NCBI GenBank assembly: GCA_029258795.1
Contig: JAPDKB010000008.1
Coordinates: forward strand, 75,920-139,919
DNA length: 64,000 nt
Direction of reading: 5' to 3'
Source of the DNA: an archaeon
Lineage (GTDB): Archaea > EX4484-52 > WAPT01
The position numbers and the translations under genes were made by a program. Below are positions 30,197 to 39,163 of this stretch, piece after piece (positions within the stretch are counted from its first letter, which is position 1; the number at the start of each line of letters is the position of its first letter). A model generated the notes under the pieces. The model did no database searches and was not told the DNA's origin. It saw nothing but the letters and a program-made list of their open reading frames with translations.

Positions 30197-30239
30197 GAAT
30201 TAAGTGTGGGAAGGAAAGATTTAAATGAGAATTCTCATT

Positions 30240-31484
30240 TCAGGCGGGACAGGAATAGGCAAGAGCAACATAGTCCCCTGTGGTCACAGGCTGGTTATTT
30301 GAATCTGCAAAGGTTATGTCGGTAAAGGCTGATTCTAATGTTGCGGATAGGGTTGCGCAGTTTCCAACTTTAGTGGTAGAATATATTGCCTCACGTATGC
30401 AGTGTTTTGTTGTGGCATCGTATATTGGATGGTCAGCAGGACAGTAAACACAAACATTATCCACATCGTCTTCCTGAATGAAAACTTCTCCAGCTTCAGT
30501 GGGTGGGCAGCGGGGTGTTTTGTAGCACACTTTATCTTCTTTGTCGAATTTCGGATAATCAGATGGGCATTTATAACATTTTCCATTAAGTGCTACATAC
30601 CCATTTGGGCAGCACCAATATCTCTCTCCTATGTTCGTGGTAAAACTTCCGTCACAATAATATCCGGACGGACAATAAATATAGAGATAACCAAAAAATG
30701 ATGGGTCTTCTATTTTAAAACATATTTCCGCACCACTCGGTACACAACCTGGTGCACCACAGGAAGGTGATCGTAAGGCATTTACAATATCAGAAGGGTT
30801 CATGTCGTTCCTAGATTTCGTGATCCTCGGTACGGGATCTGCCCCTATAATTAGTTTTGTGGGAGGATTGGCTCCAAAATCGCACACCGTTATCTTCACA
30901 TTACAACCTGCCTTTGGAAGAGAAAGAGGTATAGTCGATATTCCCGCATTTGAGCCATCATCCTTGAAAATTATCACACCCTGCAACGGCATGCTTCCGC
31001 CTGTTGTTCCTCCTGCGGCAAGTAGATCAGCCGCATCATAACCATCAAGCTTATCGGCATTCAATCCAGTAGATACATCCCCGCTCGCGTCAATTGTCAC
31101 AGTGCCACCGTTCAAAATCAGGTTTCCGCTCGAGTCTTCTCGGACGGATGAAGAGGTGAGAGTGTCCGGATCATCCCACTTGGCGAGGAAGTTTGATGTG
31201 CCAGAACCATCGATACCGGAGGTGCCTGCGGGTATTGACGAGCACACCTTACCTGACGCGTCAAAACCAGAAACAAAGCTACCTGTGGGGCACGCGCCCA
31301 GTGAGCTCCAGTTGATCACGTTCGCTGCTATTTTTTCGCCATCAGGGGAGATTGGTTGGCCGTTTCTTGTGAGTATTTCATCTAGGTAGTGGTATACTTG
31401 GGAATGAGAAGCGTTTACGATCACAACAACGACTGAAAGAATTACGATACTAGAAATGAACAACAAACGATCATATCTCATCAT
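30240..31484 (-). CDS. Secreted Cys-rich protein with a fibre-like central domain
   Basis: Signal peptide, then a central segment SSSVREDSSGNLILNGGTVTIDASGDVSTGLNADKLDGYDAADL, then a C-terminal module with more than 20 Cys. A paralog lies at 32973-33860. Confidence 0.7.
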   Translation of the reverse strand: MMRYDRLLFISSIVILSVVVVIVNASHSQVYHYLDEILTRNGQPISPDGEKIAANVINWSSLGACPTGSFVSGFDASGKVCSSIPAGTSGIDGSGTSNFLAKWDDPDTLTSSSVREDSSGNLILNGGTVTIDASGDVSTGLNADKLDGYDAADLLAAGGTTGGSMPLQGVIIFKDDGSNAGISTIPLSLPKAGCNVKITVCDFGANPPTKLIIGADPVPRITKSRNDMNPSDIVNALRSPSCGAPGCVPSGAEICFKIEDPSFFGYLYIYCPSGYYCDGSFTTNIGERYWCCPNGYVALNGKCYKCPSDYPKFDKEDKVCYKTPRCPPTEAGEVFIQEDDVDNVCVYCPADHPIYDATTKHCIREAIYSTTKVGNCATLSATLESAFTDITFADSNNQPVTTGDYVALAYSCPA

Positions 31485-31509
31485 GTTGGTTTAATCTTGC
31501 TCTGTGAAA

Positions 31510-32097
31510 TTATATATGTTTTTTCATCTCCCTCCATTCTTCAAAAGTCAGGACTTTCCCCACAATGTGCCCTCTGCTTATGTAGCCAAAGAAGCGGGAA
31601 TCGAAGGAATCCTCTTCATTCACCTCTTCTCCAAGCACCAGAAAGCTGTTGGCAGGAATTTTTCCGTTCTGTAAAGGAATGCTCAAAATCTTCTTTGCTC
31701 TCTCCGAGAACACATATGGCTGGTTGTTGCTGTTCCGGAGCAGGTTTCCGTTCAGGAACAGGTGAACTCCCTCGAATCTCACTTCATCTCCCGGCAAGCC
31801 GACAATCCTCTTAACGAAAATCTCAGTTCTTGTCTTGAACTTTATGGCCACGATATCCCCTCTCCTTACAGGATTGCAGTCATAATAACCACGCAGCAAA
31901 ACCACTTCCTGTCCGTTCATTAAAACTGGTTGCAGGGATGTTCCTCTCACCCTGTGTTCCTCAGCCGTCACACAACTCATATTGATGCTTGTCCAGCTAT
32001 CCGCACTATTTTGTGGCTTTCCGTGCAGGACGTAAGTAAAGGTAAACCACGCAGTCATAACCAGCAGCAAAATTGCAACGATAATTTTCAATCTCAT
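31510..32097 (-). CDS. Signal peptidase I, bacterial (Ser/Lys, P-type)
   Basis: Box C RRGDIVAIKF, box D KRIVGLPGD, box E GEEVNEEDSFDSRFFGYI and an N-terminal TM anchor. Sits 25 nt upstream of the secreted-protein gene. Confidence 0.8.
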   Translation of the reverse strand: MRLKIIVAILLLVMTAWFTFTYVLHGKPQNSADSWTSINMSCVTAEEHRVRGTSLQPVLMNGQEVVLLRGYYDCNPVRRGDIVAIKFKTRTEIFVKRIVGLPGDEVRFEGVHLFLNGNLLRNSNNQPYVFSERAKKILSIPLQNGKIPANSFLVLGEEVNEEDSFDSRFFGYISRGHIVGKVLTFEEWREMKKHI

Positions 32098-32142
32098 TGT
32101 TTTGAAATAGCGGGTTAAAACGATAAAAAAGTTGTCAACCAG

Positions 32143-32583
32143 ATGAGTTCCATGATGGATGTTAAAAGGAAAAAGCGGTATGAGCAGAAACTCGACGAGC
32201 TTATCGACAGGCTGGAGTTCATACAGGAAAACCTGCCAGCCAAGAGAGAATTTCTGGAAAACAGGATAATCAGGAAAGCACTCTACAAAGAGTTTCAGGA
32301 AGCCGTGGAGATCGTTTCTGATATAGCAGCCATGATGGTGAAGGATAACGGGAAACTTGTGAAGGATGACTACTCAAACCTGGAAGCTTCGGCCAAAATT
32401 TTGGGACTGAAGGGAACAACGGTTGAACTCCTGAAGCGTGCTCACGGCTTGAGAAATGTGCTCGTGCACGAGTACAACGGTATAGTGGATGAGATGGCCT
32501 ATGATGCTATAAGGGAAGTTTTACCTGCAATTGAGACATTTTTCAAAAGGGTGGAAGAATGGTTGAGGAGCTGGAAAAGCTGA
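32143..32583 (+). CDS. hepT: HepT-like (DUF86) toxin
   Basis: Rx4HxY motif in GLRNVLVHEY. Confidence 0.8.
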   Translation: MSSMMDVKRKKRYEQKLDELIDRLEFIQENLPAKREFLENRIIRKALYKEFQEAVEIVSDIAAMMVKDNGKLVKDDYSNLEASAKILGLKGTTVELLKRAHGLRNVLVHEYNGIVDEMAYDAIREVLPAIETFFKRVEEWLRSWKS

Positions 32584-32948
32584 AGGAGAAAATTGCAAAT
32601 GACTTCTCGTTCCTGCTGAACGATGTGCTGGGCGTAATCCTTTTCGGTTCGGTCGTGATGAACAAGAGCACACCCCGCTCCGATATAGATGTGTGTGTGG
32701 TCGTCGGCACAACATCCAAAAGTGAGGTCAAGAGGATATTCGATAACATTCTCAGCTCTGGTGTCACGCAGCGATACGATGTGAAAATATTTGAAATGCT
32801 TCCGCTCCACCTGAAAGGAGAAGTGCTGGAGAATGGAGTAATTGTTGCAAGCAAGGATGAGAGAGAACTGAGCTACTACCTCCATAAGTACAGAAAGATG
32901 TGGCAGGATCATGAAATCAAGATGAAGAAGCTCGGAATAAAACCATGA
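32559..32948 (+). CDS. mntA: MNT minimal nucleotidyltransferase antitoxin
   Basis: LFGSVVMNKSTPRSDIDVCVV (GS...DxD). Overlaps hepT by 25 nt. Confidence 0.8.
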   Translation: MVEELEKLKEKIANDFSFLLNDVLGVILFGSVVMNKSTPRSDIDVCVVVGTTSKSEVKRIFDNILSSGVTQRYDVKIFEMLPLHLKGEVLENGVIVASKDERELSYYLHKYRKMWQDHEIKMKKLGIKP

Positions 32949-32972
32949 AAGAAATCCCACATGATAATTTTT

Positions 32973-33860
32973 TTAGCGATACCAGCAATACACTGTATGA
33001 TACACACTTTCTGTTGCTGCACTAGAACACGACCGCTGAAATTCTATGTTTCTGGTGCTCGGATCCACAAAAAGTGTGAACACGTAAAAACCCCAGCCGT
33101 AACAATATTCCTGTGTGTCCACTTTATTCACATAAGTGAATCCGTTACCTGAAAAAGTAATCAGATCAGTAGCCGAAAAGATAACGTATTTCCCACACTT
33201 GATGTGAAGAGTACAACTGCTACCATCATTAGCCGTTGTAGTATAAATGAACAATCCCGTTCCAGCACCAGGGTTAATACAGCAAATTAGTTGTTTTGCA
33301 GCCGAAGGTAACGCCCCAATGACCTTTGTTCCTGTTTCAGTTCCGCTAAAACTTGCACTCCCAAGAAGTTTCCATGGAGTCGATACATCGGCAAATGGAT
33401 GATCGTAACAGGAGGTTGCTGGAGTTCCAGCAGCAAGCAAGTCACTTGCCTCATACCCATCAAGCTTGTCGGCATTTAAGCCAGAAGAAATCCCTCCGCT
33501 TGAATTTATTGTTACAGTGCCGCCGTTTAAAATCAGGTTTCCTTCTGAGTCCTCTCGAACGGATGAAGATATCAGCGTATCTGAATCACTCCATTTAGCC
33601 ATGAAGTTTGAAGTGCCTGAGCCATCAACCGGTGGGAGGGAGCCATATTTTGCCCTGCGAATTAAATCCGGATACGAAGCTTCCGGAGGGGCATGTGCCT
33701 AAAGAGCTCCAGTTGATCACGCTTGAAGTTATTGTTTCTCCGTTGGCGGAGATGGGTTTTCCGCTTTTTGTTATTATTTCGTCGAGGTAGTGGTAGACTT
33801 AGGGGTGGGAGAAGTTTGTGACAGCCATGACAGTAAGTGCTGTAGCTAATATCCACATTA
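32973..33860 (-). pseudogene. Frameshifted paralog of the 30240-31484 secreted protein
   Basis: Signal peptide MKKTLMWILATALTVMAVTNFSHP then a stop. Homologous segments VYHYLDEIITKSGKPIS...SGFNSQGK and MAKWSDSDTLISSSVREDSEGNLILNGG... lie in two other frames. The 209-aa ORF has a different C-terminal domain. Confidence 0.6.
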
Positions 33861-33931
33861 ACGTTTTTTTCATGATCTTTTTCCTGAGTTAGAAAGTTAT
33901 ATAATTTACGTCCCGGGTACGATGCAAAATT

Positions 33932-35485
33932 TCACTTTTCCTTCAACCCCTCCTCCGTTACCTCTCCCACCACATCATCCTCCAGCTTTTTGCCTGTTTT
34001 CTTCTCCCACTCCTCCACGCTCATACCGTACTGTTCGTTTATCTTATCCCTGTAAACCTCGGGGAACACGTTGTAAGTACAGAATGGGATTATCCTGCCG
34101 TCGGGAGTGGCATAATGAATGCAGCACCTCTTGACACGCTCTATATCATAGTTGTAGGGATCCTGAAAGTGCATCATACCTATGAAAAGGGCTTTCCAGT
34201 GGAACTCTCCCAAGCTGGAGTAGTCAGCGTTCCTGAAAATATCGGTCAGTATCTTCTTTATATCCATCCCTTTCGGCGCTTTCTCCTGATCAACAACTTT
34301 ATTCAGCCCCGCTATCAGCTTGGCAAGAGCTTTGGCTTTTCCTATCTTACTCTGCAAATTCTCCTGAGCCATTGAGTTGAGCAGGGTGATGAAGCCCGGC
34401 ACATCTATGAAATCAGTTATGGGTATAATGCCACGTGAATCATCAAGGAAAATGTATGTAGCCATACCGCAGTGTGGATGGGTGGTGAACTCAACCTGAG
34501 GCGCTCCTTTCACAGCTTCGACAAATCTTGAGACGGGCACTACCGTTGGTACGGGATAGAAGGCATTGGCTGGAATCTTTCCGTTTGTTTGTTCTTCAAT
34601 CCCATGAATGACATCGGGAATTGTGATGCGCATCTTCTCCCTCATCTTTGCGGGCATGCTCCCCACGAACGAAACGGGCTGGAAGTTCACACCTCTAACT
34701 ATGTCTATGTTCTTAACGGCAAACTCGATTATCGCCCCGAGCTCGTGATCGTTAACTCCTTTTATCACAGTTGGTACAAGCACCACAGGCATCTTCGCAT
34801 CTCTCAGAGCATCAAGAATGGCGGGAATGTATTTGTGGTTTTTGGGGTTTGTCTTTTCAGTCACACCGTCAAAGCTCAGATAAACCACGTTAACTCCAGC
34901 CTTCCTGAACTCTTTTGCAAGTTCTGGTTCTCTCGCAAATCTCAAGCCATTCGTGTTTAGCTGGATGTGAGAAAAGCCAAGCTTTTTGGCTTCCTTAACG
35001 ATCTCTATCATATCATCTCTCATCAAAGGTTCTCCGCCCGTGAACTGAACAGCTGGAGTTGGCACTGGTTTGTTTGACCTCAGAACCTTCAGCATGTCCA
35101 CTATAACCTCAAAATCGGGCTCGTAAACATAGCCCTGCGCTCCTGCATTTGCGAAACAGTACCAGCATCTCAGGTCACAGCGGTTGGTCACGAACACATT
35201 CGCAAGTACCGTGTGGCTTTTGTGGAAGTTGCACAGTCCGCACGCCCAGGGGCATGCATCCTCACTCGAAGCTTTTATCTTCGGATTTTCCACTCCTCTT
35301 CCATCGTTAGCATACTTCTTTGCCTGCAGGTACATGTAGTAGTCGCTCCAGTAAACTTCCTTGAACTCGCCGTGTTCCTCACATCTCTTTATTATGTAAA
35401 CTTTACCCCCTTCCTCAACTATATCGGCTGAAAGAACACGTTTGCATTCCGGACATACCGACTTGGTCTTGCCTATAATCCGCAT
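33932..35485 (-). CDS. Radical SAM protein with an N-terminal Zn-ribbon (517 aa)
   Basis: CDLRCWYC (Cx3Cx2C) and an N-terminal CPEC...CEEHG. Confidence 0.8.
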   Translation of the reverse strand: MRIIGKTKSVCPECKRVLSADIVEEGGKVYIIKRCEEHGEFKEVYWSDYYMYLQAKKYANDGRGVENPKIKASSEDACPWACGLCNFHKSHTVLANVFVTNRCDLRCWYCFANAGAQGYVYEPDFEVIVDMLKVLRSNKPVPTPAVQFTGGEPLMRDDMIEIVKEAKKLGFSHIQLNTNGLRFAREPELAKEFRKAGVNVVYLSFDGVTEKTNPKNHKYIPAILDALRDAKMPVVLVPTVIKGVNDHELGAIIEFAVKNIDIVRGVNFQPVSFVGSMPAKMREKMRITIPDVIHGIEEQTNGKIPANAFYPVPTVVPVSRFVEAVKGAPQVEFTTHPHCGMATYIFLDDSRGIIPITDFIDVPGFITLLNSMAQENLQSKIGKAKALAKLIAGLNKVVDQEKAPKGMDIKKILTDIFRNADYSSLGEFHWKALFIGMMHFQDPYNYDIERVKRCCIHYATPDGRIIPFCTYNVFPEVYRDKINEQYGMSVEEWEKKTGKKLEDDVVGEVTEEGLKEK

Positions 35486-35549
35486 GGTATCACAGCGTTA
35501 TTTAATGTGCAGGAAATCTTTAAGTAATTTCCGATAAAGGCAAAAGCCG

Positions 35550-35810
35550 TTATATAAGGGTCACACTTATGGTTTCCACATCACCCGCTCCTTCTATGGA
35601 TTTCAGCTTTTCCTCGAGTTTTTCCACCACGCCACCCTCATCAGCAACCAAAAACACAGCTTCTATGGCTTTCAAACCAAACGCGACAGGCACGACTTTT
35701 ATGTCCTTAAGTTCAAGACCCATCCCCTCGATTTCATTCTTTATTTTGTCAACATCCACCTCGACGCTCTCCGGCATTATCCTCATACTCACTGCCACTT
35801 TCCTGCCCAT
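35550..35810 (-). CDS. ef1b: Elongation factor 1-beta (aEF-1beta)
   Basis: VSMRIMPESVEVDVDKIKNEIE...VAFGLKA...SVTLI matches the archaeal EF-1beta family. Confidence 0.85.
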   Translation of the reverse strand: MGRKVAVSMRIMPESVEVDVDKIKNEIEGMGLELKDIKVVPVAFGLKAIEAVFLVADEGGVVEKLEEKLKSIEGAGDVETISVTLI

Positions 35811-35835
35811 ATCTCACACCTCTACCCTGTTTAAT

Positions 35836-36015
35836 TCACGGCCCCACAAAACCGCACGCGGGACATTTATATTCGTTAACAAGAACCTTGCACTTCTCGC
35901 ATCTGATTATCTTTGCCTCTCCGCAGGACGGACATGGAAATTCCACAAAATTTTCACCTGCTCCTATAACACCATTACACGATGTGCAGCGCTTTATCGT
36001 CATTTCCTTCGCCAT
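35836..36015 (-). CDS. Zn-ribbon RNA-binding protein (COG2888-type, partner of aEF-1beta)
   Basis: 59-aa hand-called ORF MAKEMTIKRCTSCNGVIGAGENFVEFPCPSCGEAKIIRCEKCKVLVNEYKCPACGFVGP. Two CxxC pairs. Conserved position upstream of ef1b. Confidence 0.7.
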   Translation of the reverse strand: MAKEMTIKRCTSCNGVIGAGENFVEFPCPSCGEAKIIRCEKCKVLVNEYKCPACGFVGP

Positions 36016-36126
36016 TTCGATTCACCTCGCTAAGCATGATGCGAAAAAGGACAACTAATTTAACAGGGGGAAAATTTATAAACATTTTTAGCTTTTCTCC
36101 AAAAAGAAGTTGTAAGAGAAATTGGT

Positions 36127-36229
36127 GGACCCGTAGTTTAGCCTGGACAGAATGGAGGCTTGCGGAGCCTCTGACCCGGGTTCAAAAGAACTGTGTTATC
36201 TCGTTCTGAAAATCCCGGCGGGTCCGCCA
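36127..36229 (+). tRNA. tRNA-Arg(GCG) with a ~26-nt intron in the T-loop
   Basis: GGACCCG-TA-GTTT..GAAT-G-GAGGC-TTGCGGA-GCCTC-TGAC-CCGGG-TTCAAA[AGAACTGTGTTATCTCGTTCTGA]AAAT-CCCGG-CGGGTCC-G-CCA. Confidence 0.7.
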
Positions 36230-36311
36230 CCGCGCTTTTTTCAAAATTGTGCCATTGGGAGCCATCACTTATATATATTTTTAAGAACTCAAACAATAAT
36301 GAGGTGATGGC

Positions 36312-37031
36312 TTGCCCGAAAAAAACAAGCTTGATGATGTTGAGATCAACAGATTGAAAGCCATCGTTGGAATGGGGGATAAATCTTCTTCTCAAGACGA
36401 TGCCGGAAAGCTCGCTGAAGCACTTGAGAAGCTCGAGGGAGAGAAGAAAAAGCTTGAAGAGTTGAGGAAAAGTGTTGTGGCTACAAATGCTCCTCCCAAA
36501 CCCCAGCGGGAAGTAAAAGAGAGTGCAGCTAGAATAGAGAGTGCTGCCAAAAAAGAGGAAAGTGCGGAGAAAAAAGTAAGGAGGGACGATGTTAAGCTGA
36601 GAGAGAGTGCAAAGAAGCTCGTGGAAAAGCTCAAAGAAAGTGGGAAAGTTGCTGAAAGAATTCAAACATCTGATGCTGGGCTGAGGATCGGTGGGGTGAA
36701 AAAATCCAATAAGGATCTTTTTGTCAAGATAGATGAGCATAGGGAAATAGCGGAGCAGCTTATCCTTGCAAAGGAAGCGATAAAGGAAATAGCGGAAACA
36801 GTGGAGCTTCTTGCCAAAGCCGAGTCGATAAAGGAGGAAGCGATAAAGAGGTTGGAGGAAAGCTTGGATAAGATAGATCATGCCTGGAAAAGGGCGCTTG
36901 AGCTTCTGGAGGAGGGAGACAAAACCTACCCCGAATATTATGATGAGAGCAGCACGATTAAGGGAGATGAGTACTACCAGCTCAAGGTGGAGCTGGAAAG
37001 GTTAAGGAAAATCCTGGAAAAGATAAAGTGA
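36312..37031 (+). CDS. Coiled-coil hypothetical protein (Lys/Glu-rich)
   Basis: 239 aa with heptad-rich composition. Confidence 0.5.
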   Translation: MPEKNKLDDVEINRLKAIVGMGDKSSSQDDAGKLAEALEKLEGEKKKLEELRKSVVATNAPPKPQREVKESAARIESAAKKEESAEKKVRRDDVKLRESAKKLVEKLKESGKVAERIQTSDAGLRIGGVKKSNKDLFVKIDEHREIAEQLILAKEAIKEIAETVELLAKAESIKEEAIKRLEESLDKIDHAWKRALELLEEGDKTYPEYYDESSTIKGDEYYQLKVELERLRKILEKIK

Positions 37032-37119
37032 AATTAAAGATGGTGAGTAAGGATTGTTGTTCCTTCTGTGCTTTTCATCAAAACTTTAAAAATTAAGCCA
37101 TGAAAATAATTCTGTTCTG

Positions 37120-37310
37120 TGCGGGGGTTGCCGAGCCTGGTCAAAGGCGCGGGACTCAAGGGCGCAGGGCTCTTGAGTGATGAGCCAACACGGCAATGAT
37201 ATGATGTGCTGAGTTATCCCGTGGCTCAGTGCCTTCGTGGGTTCGAATGCTGCGGAGAAAGCTGAATAATTGCTGGAGGCTTCGCAGCTGAAAGTCCCAC
37301 CCCCCGCACC
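37120..37310 (+). tRNA. tRNA-Leu(CAA) with two introns (55 nt at 37/38, ~47 nt at 59/60-60/61)
   Basis: GCGGGGG-TT-GCCGAGCCTGGTCAAAGGCGC-GGGA-CTCAAG[55 nt]A-TCCCG-variable arm-GTGGG-TTCGAAT[GCTGCGGAG...CGCAGCTGAAAGT]-CCCAC-CCCCCGC-A-CCA. Confidence 0.75.
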
Positions 37311-37333
37311 ACACCTTATCTCCGCTTTTTCTT

Positions 37334-38029
37334 ATGTTTGGATTTTTGGACTCTCGAGATACCCACAGTCATTTAAAGCTTACTACCTCAACAATCCTCG
37401 TGCGGTTGCAGGTTGCGCTTGATTTTGTGAAGCTGGAAGATGCTTTGAAAGTTGCCAGTGCTGTTTCTCCATACGTGGATATCCTGGAGGCGGGTACTCC
37501 CCTTATAAAAGCTGAGGGGATGAAGGCGGTAAGAGAGCTATCACAGCTTGGTCTGCCTGTCATGGCGGACATGAAAACAATGGACACTGGCTATCTGGAA
37601 GTTGAGCTTGCAGCAGTCAATGATGCCAAAATAGTTAGCGTTATGGGCTTAGCGGATGATGCCACCATAGCTTCGGCAATGGAAGCCGCAAGGGATTACG
37701 GTGTTGAAATCATGGTGGATATGATGAATGCAATAAGTGAGGAAAACATAAAACGCGTCGCAGGTTTCAGACCGAATTATTTGCTGGTGCATGTTGGGAT
37801 AGACCAGCAGGAAGCCGGAAAGAGCACGCTTGAACAGTTTGAGAAGATGGTGATGCTAGCTGGTAAGGATGTTAATTTTGCTGTTGCCGGCGGGCTGGAT
37901 GAAGATGAGATAAAGAAACTTCCGAAAACCGAGAGGCTGGAAATTGTGGTGGTTGGCGGAGCGATAATAAGGAGGGAAAACCCCGCAGAGAGGGCAAAGA
38001 TAATCTCGGATGTGGTGAAAAGCATATGA
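37334..38029 (+). CDS. hxlA: 3-hexulose-6-phosphate synthase (HPS)
   Basis: LQVALD, MADMKTMDTG and AVAGG motifs of the KGPDC/HPS family. The true start is likely internal (around VRLQVALD). Confidence 0.8.
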   Translation: MFGFLDSRDTHSHLKLTTSTILVRLQVALDFVKLEDALKVASAVSPYVDILEAGTPLIKAEGMKAVRELSQLGLPVMADMKTMDTGYLEVELAAVNDAKIVSVMGLADDATIASAMEAARDYGVEIMVDMMNAISEENIKRVAGFRPNYLLVHVGIDQQEAGKSTLEQFEKMVMLAGKDVNFAVAGGLDEDEIKKLPKTERLEIVVVGGAIIRRENPAERAKIISDVVKSI

Positions 38030-38625
38030 AGGTTTATAGGGTGGCTAGGGATTACCTTCTCAAGAGCATAGAGAAAAATCTGCGCAATGTGGATGAGGGC
38101 GCTGTCAACAAGTTTATAGAGCTGCTTGAGAAGGCGAAGACGGAGGGGAGGCGTGTCTTTCTCATCGGAGCTGGGAGAAGCGGTCTGGTGGCAAAGGCAG
38201 TGGGGATGAGACTGGTGCATCTGGATATTGAGGCTTATGTTGTTGGGGAGACCATCACAAGACCCCTGCACAAAGGAGATATCGTCATTGCGATATCGGG
38301 ATCAGGGGAGACGACTTCTGTTGCTTCAGTTGTTAAGAAGGCAAGGGAGCTTGGGGGTGTTGTGGTTGCGATAACCTCAAAGCCATCATCCACCATAGGA
38401 AAACTTGCGGACATCATGATAAAGCTTGAAAGTAAAAGGCCGGAGGATGATGAATCCAACTATCTTGTGAGGCAGATAGAGGAAAGGAAAGCTCCGATCT
38501 CACCGCTTGGAACTCTTTTTGAGCTTTCAGCACTCATTTTCCTTGACAGCATGATAAGCGAGCTTGGGGCCAGACTTGAGATGGATGAGGAGGATATGAG
38601 AAAGAGGCACACGAACATAGAGTAA
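38026..38625 (+). CDS. hxlB: 6-phospho-3-hexuloisomerase (PHI, SIS domain)
   Basis: SIS motifs RVFLIGAGRSGLVAKA and IAISGSGET. Coupled to HPS by an ATGA overlap. Confidence 0.85.
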   Translation: MKVYRVARDYLLKSIEKNLRNVDEGAVNKFIELLEKAKTEGRRVFLIGAGRSGLVAKAVGMRLVHLDIEAYVVGETITRPLHKGDIVIAISGSGETTSVASVVKKARELGGVVVAITSKPSSTIGKLADIMIKLESKRPEDDESNYLVRQIEERKAPISPLGTLFELSALIFLDSMISELGARLEMDEEDMRKRHTNIE

Positions 38626-38749
38626 CGGTTTAAGCTTTTACCCTAGTCAGTTCTGTAAATTTAATTGTTGGTAAAAACATCAAAAAAGCTTAGGTAAAAA
38701 GAAGGTAACTGTTCCTTCTGCAGATATTGATTGGGTTGAAGAATTTTAT

Positions 38750-38974
38750 TTGAAAAATGGTTATAAACCTGTCCAATTCTTAGTAAAAGTAAAAAAGGAA
38801 AAGCTTTCAAAAGATTATAAAAATAAAGGATATAAAATCCTAAATGAAAGAGCAGAAGGAAAATACAAAATATTTTACATAAACATAAGAAAGTATGATC
38901 CAAAATTAAGAGAAAGATTAAAGATATTATTTAATGCTGATGAAGTAATTTATATAATGGAAAAGAAGTTATAA
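38750..38974 (+). CDS. Small Lys-rich hypothetical protein in an AT-rich islet
   Basis: 74-aa ORF at about 25% GC. Confidence 0.3.
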   Translation: MKNGYKPVQFLVKVKKEKLSKDYKNKGYKILNERAEGKYKIFYINIRKYDPKLRERLKILFNADEVIYIMEKKL

Positions 38975-39163
38975 AATGTTCCTTCCACCAGAGCATCTGC
39001 AACTCTGCGCAAAATCAAAGATTTTGCTTGCCTCACTCCGTTCGGTCGTTGAACAAGCGTTATCAGGTTCGCCGGACGCTCACGCTGGCTCACCCAAATT
39101 TGTGCCAAAGGCACAAACTTCTGATAACGCTATATGTTAAGTCCAATCAGCCTCGGGGCGCAT

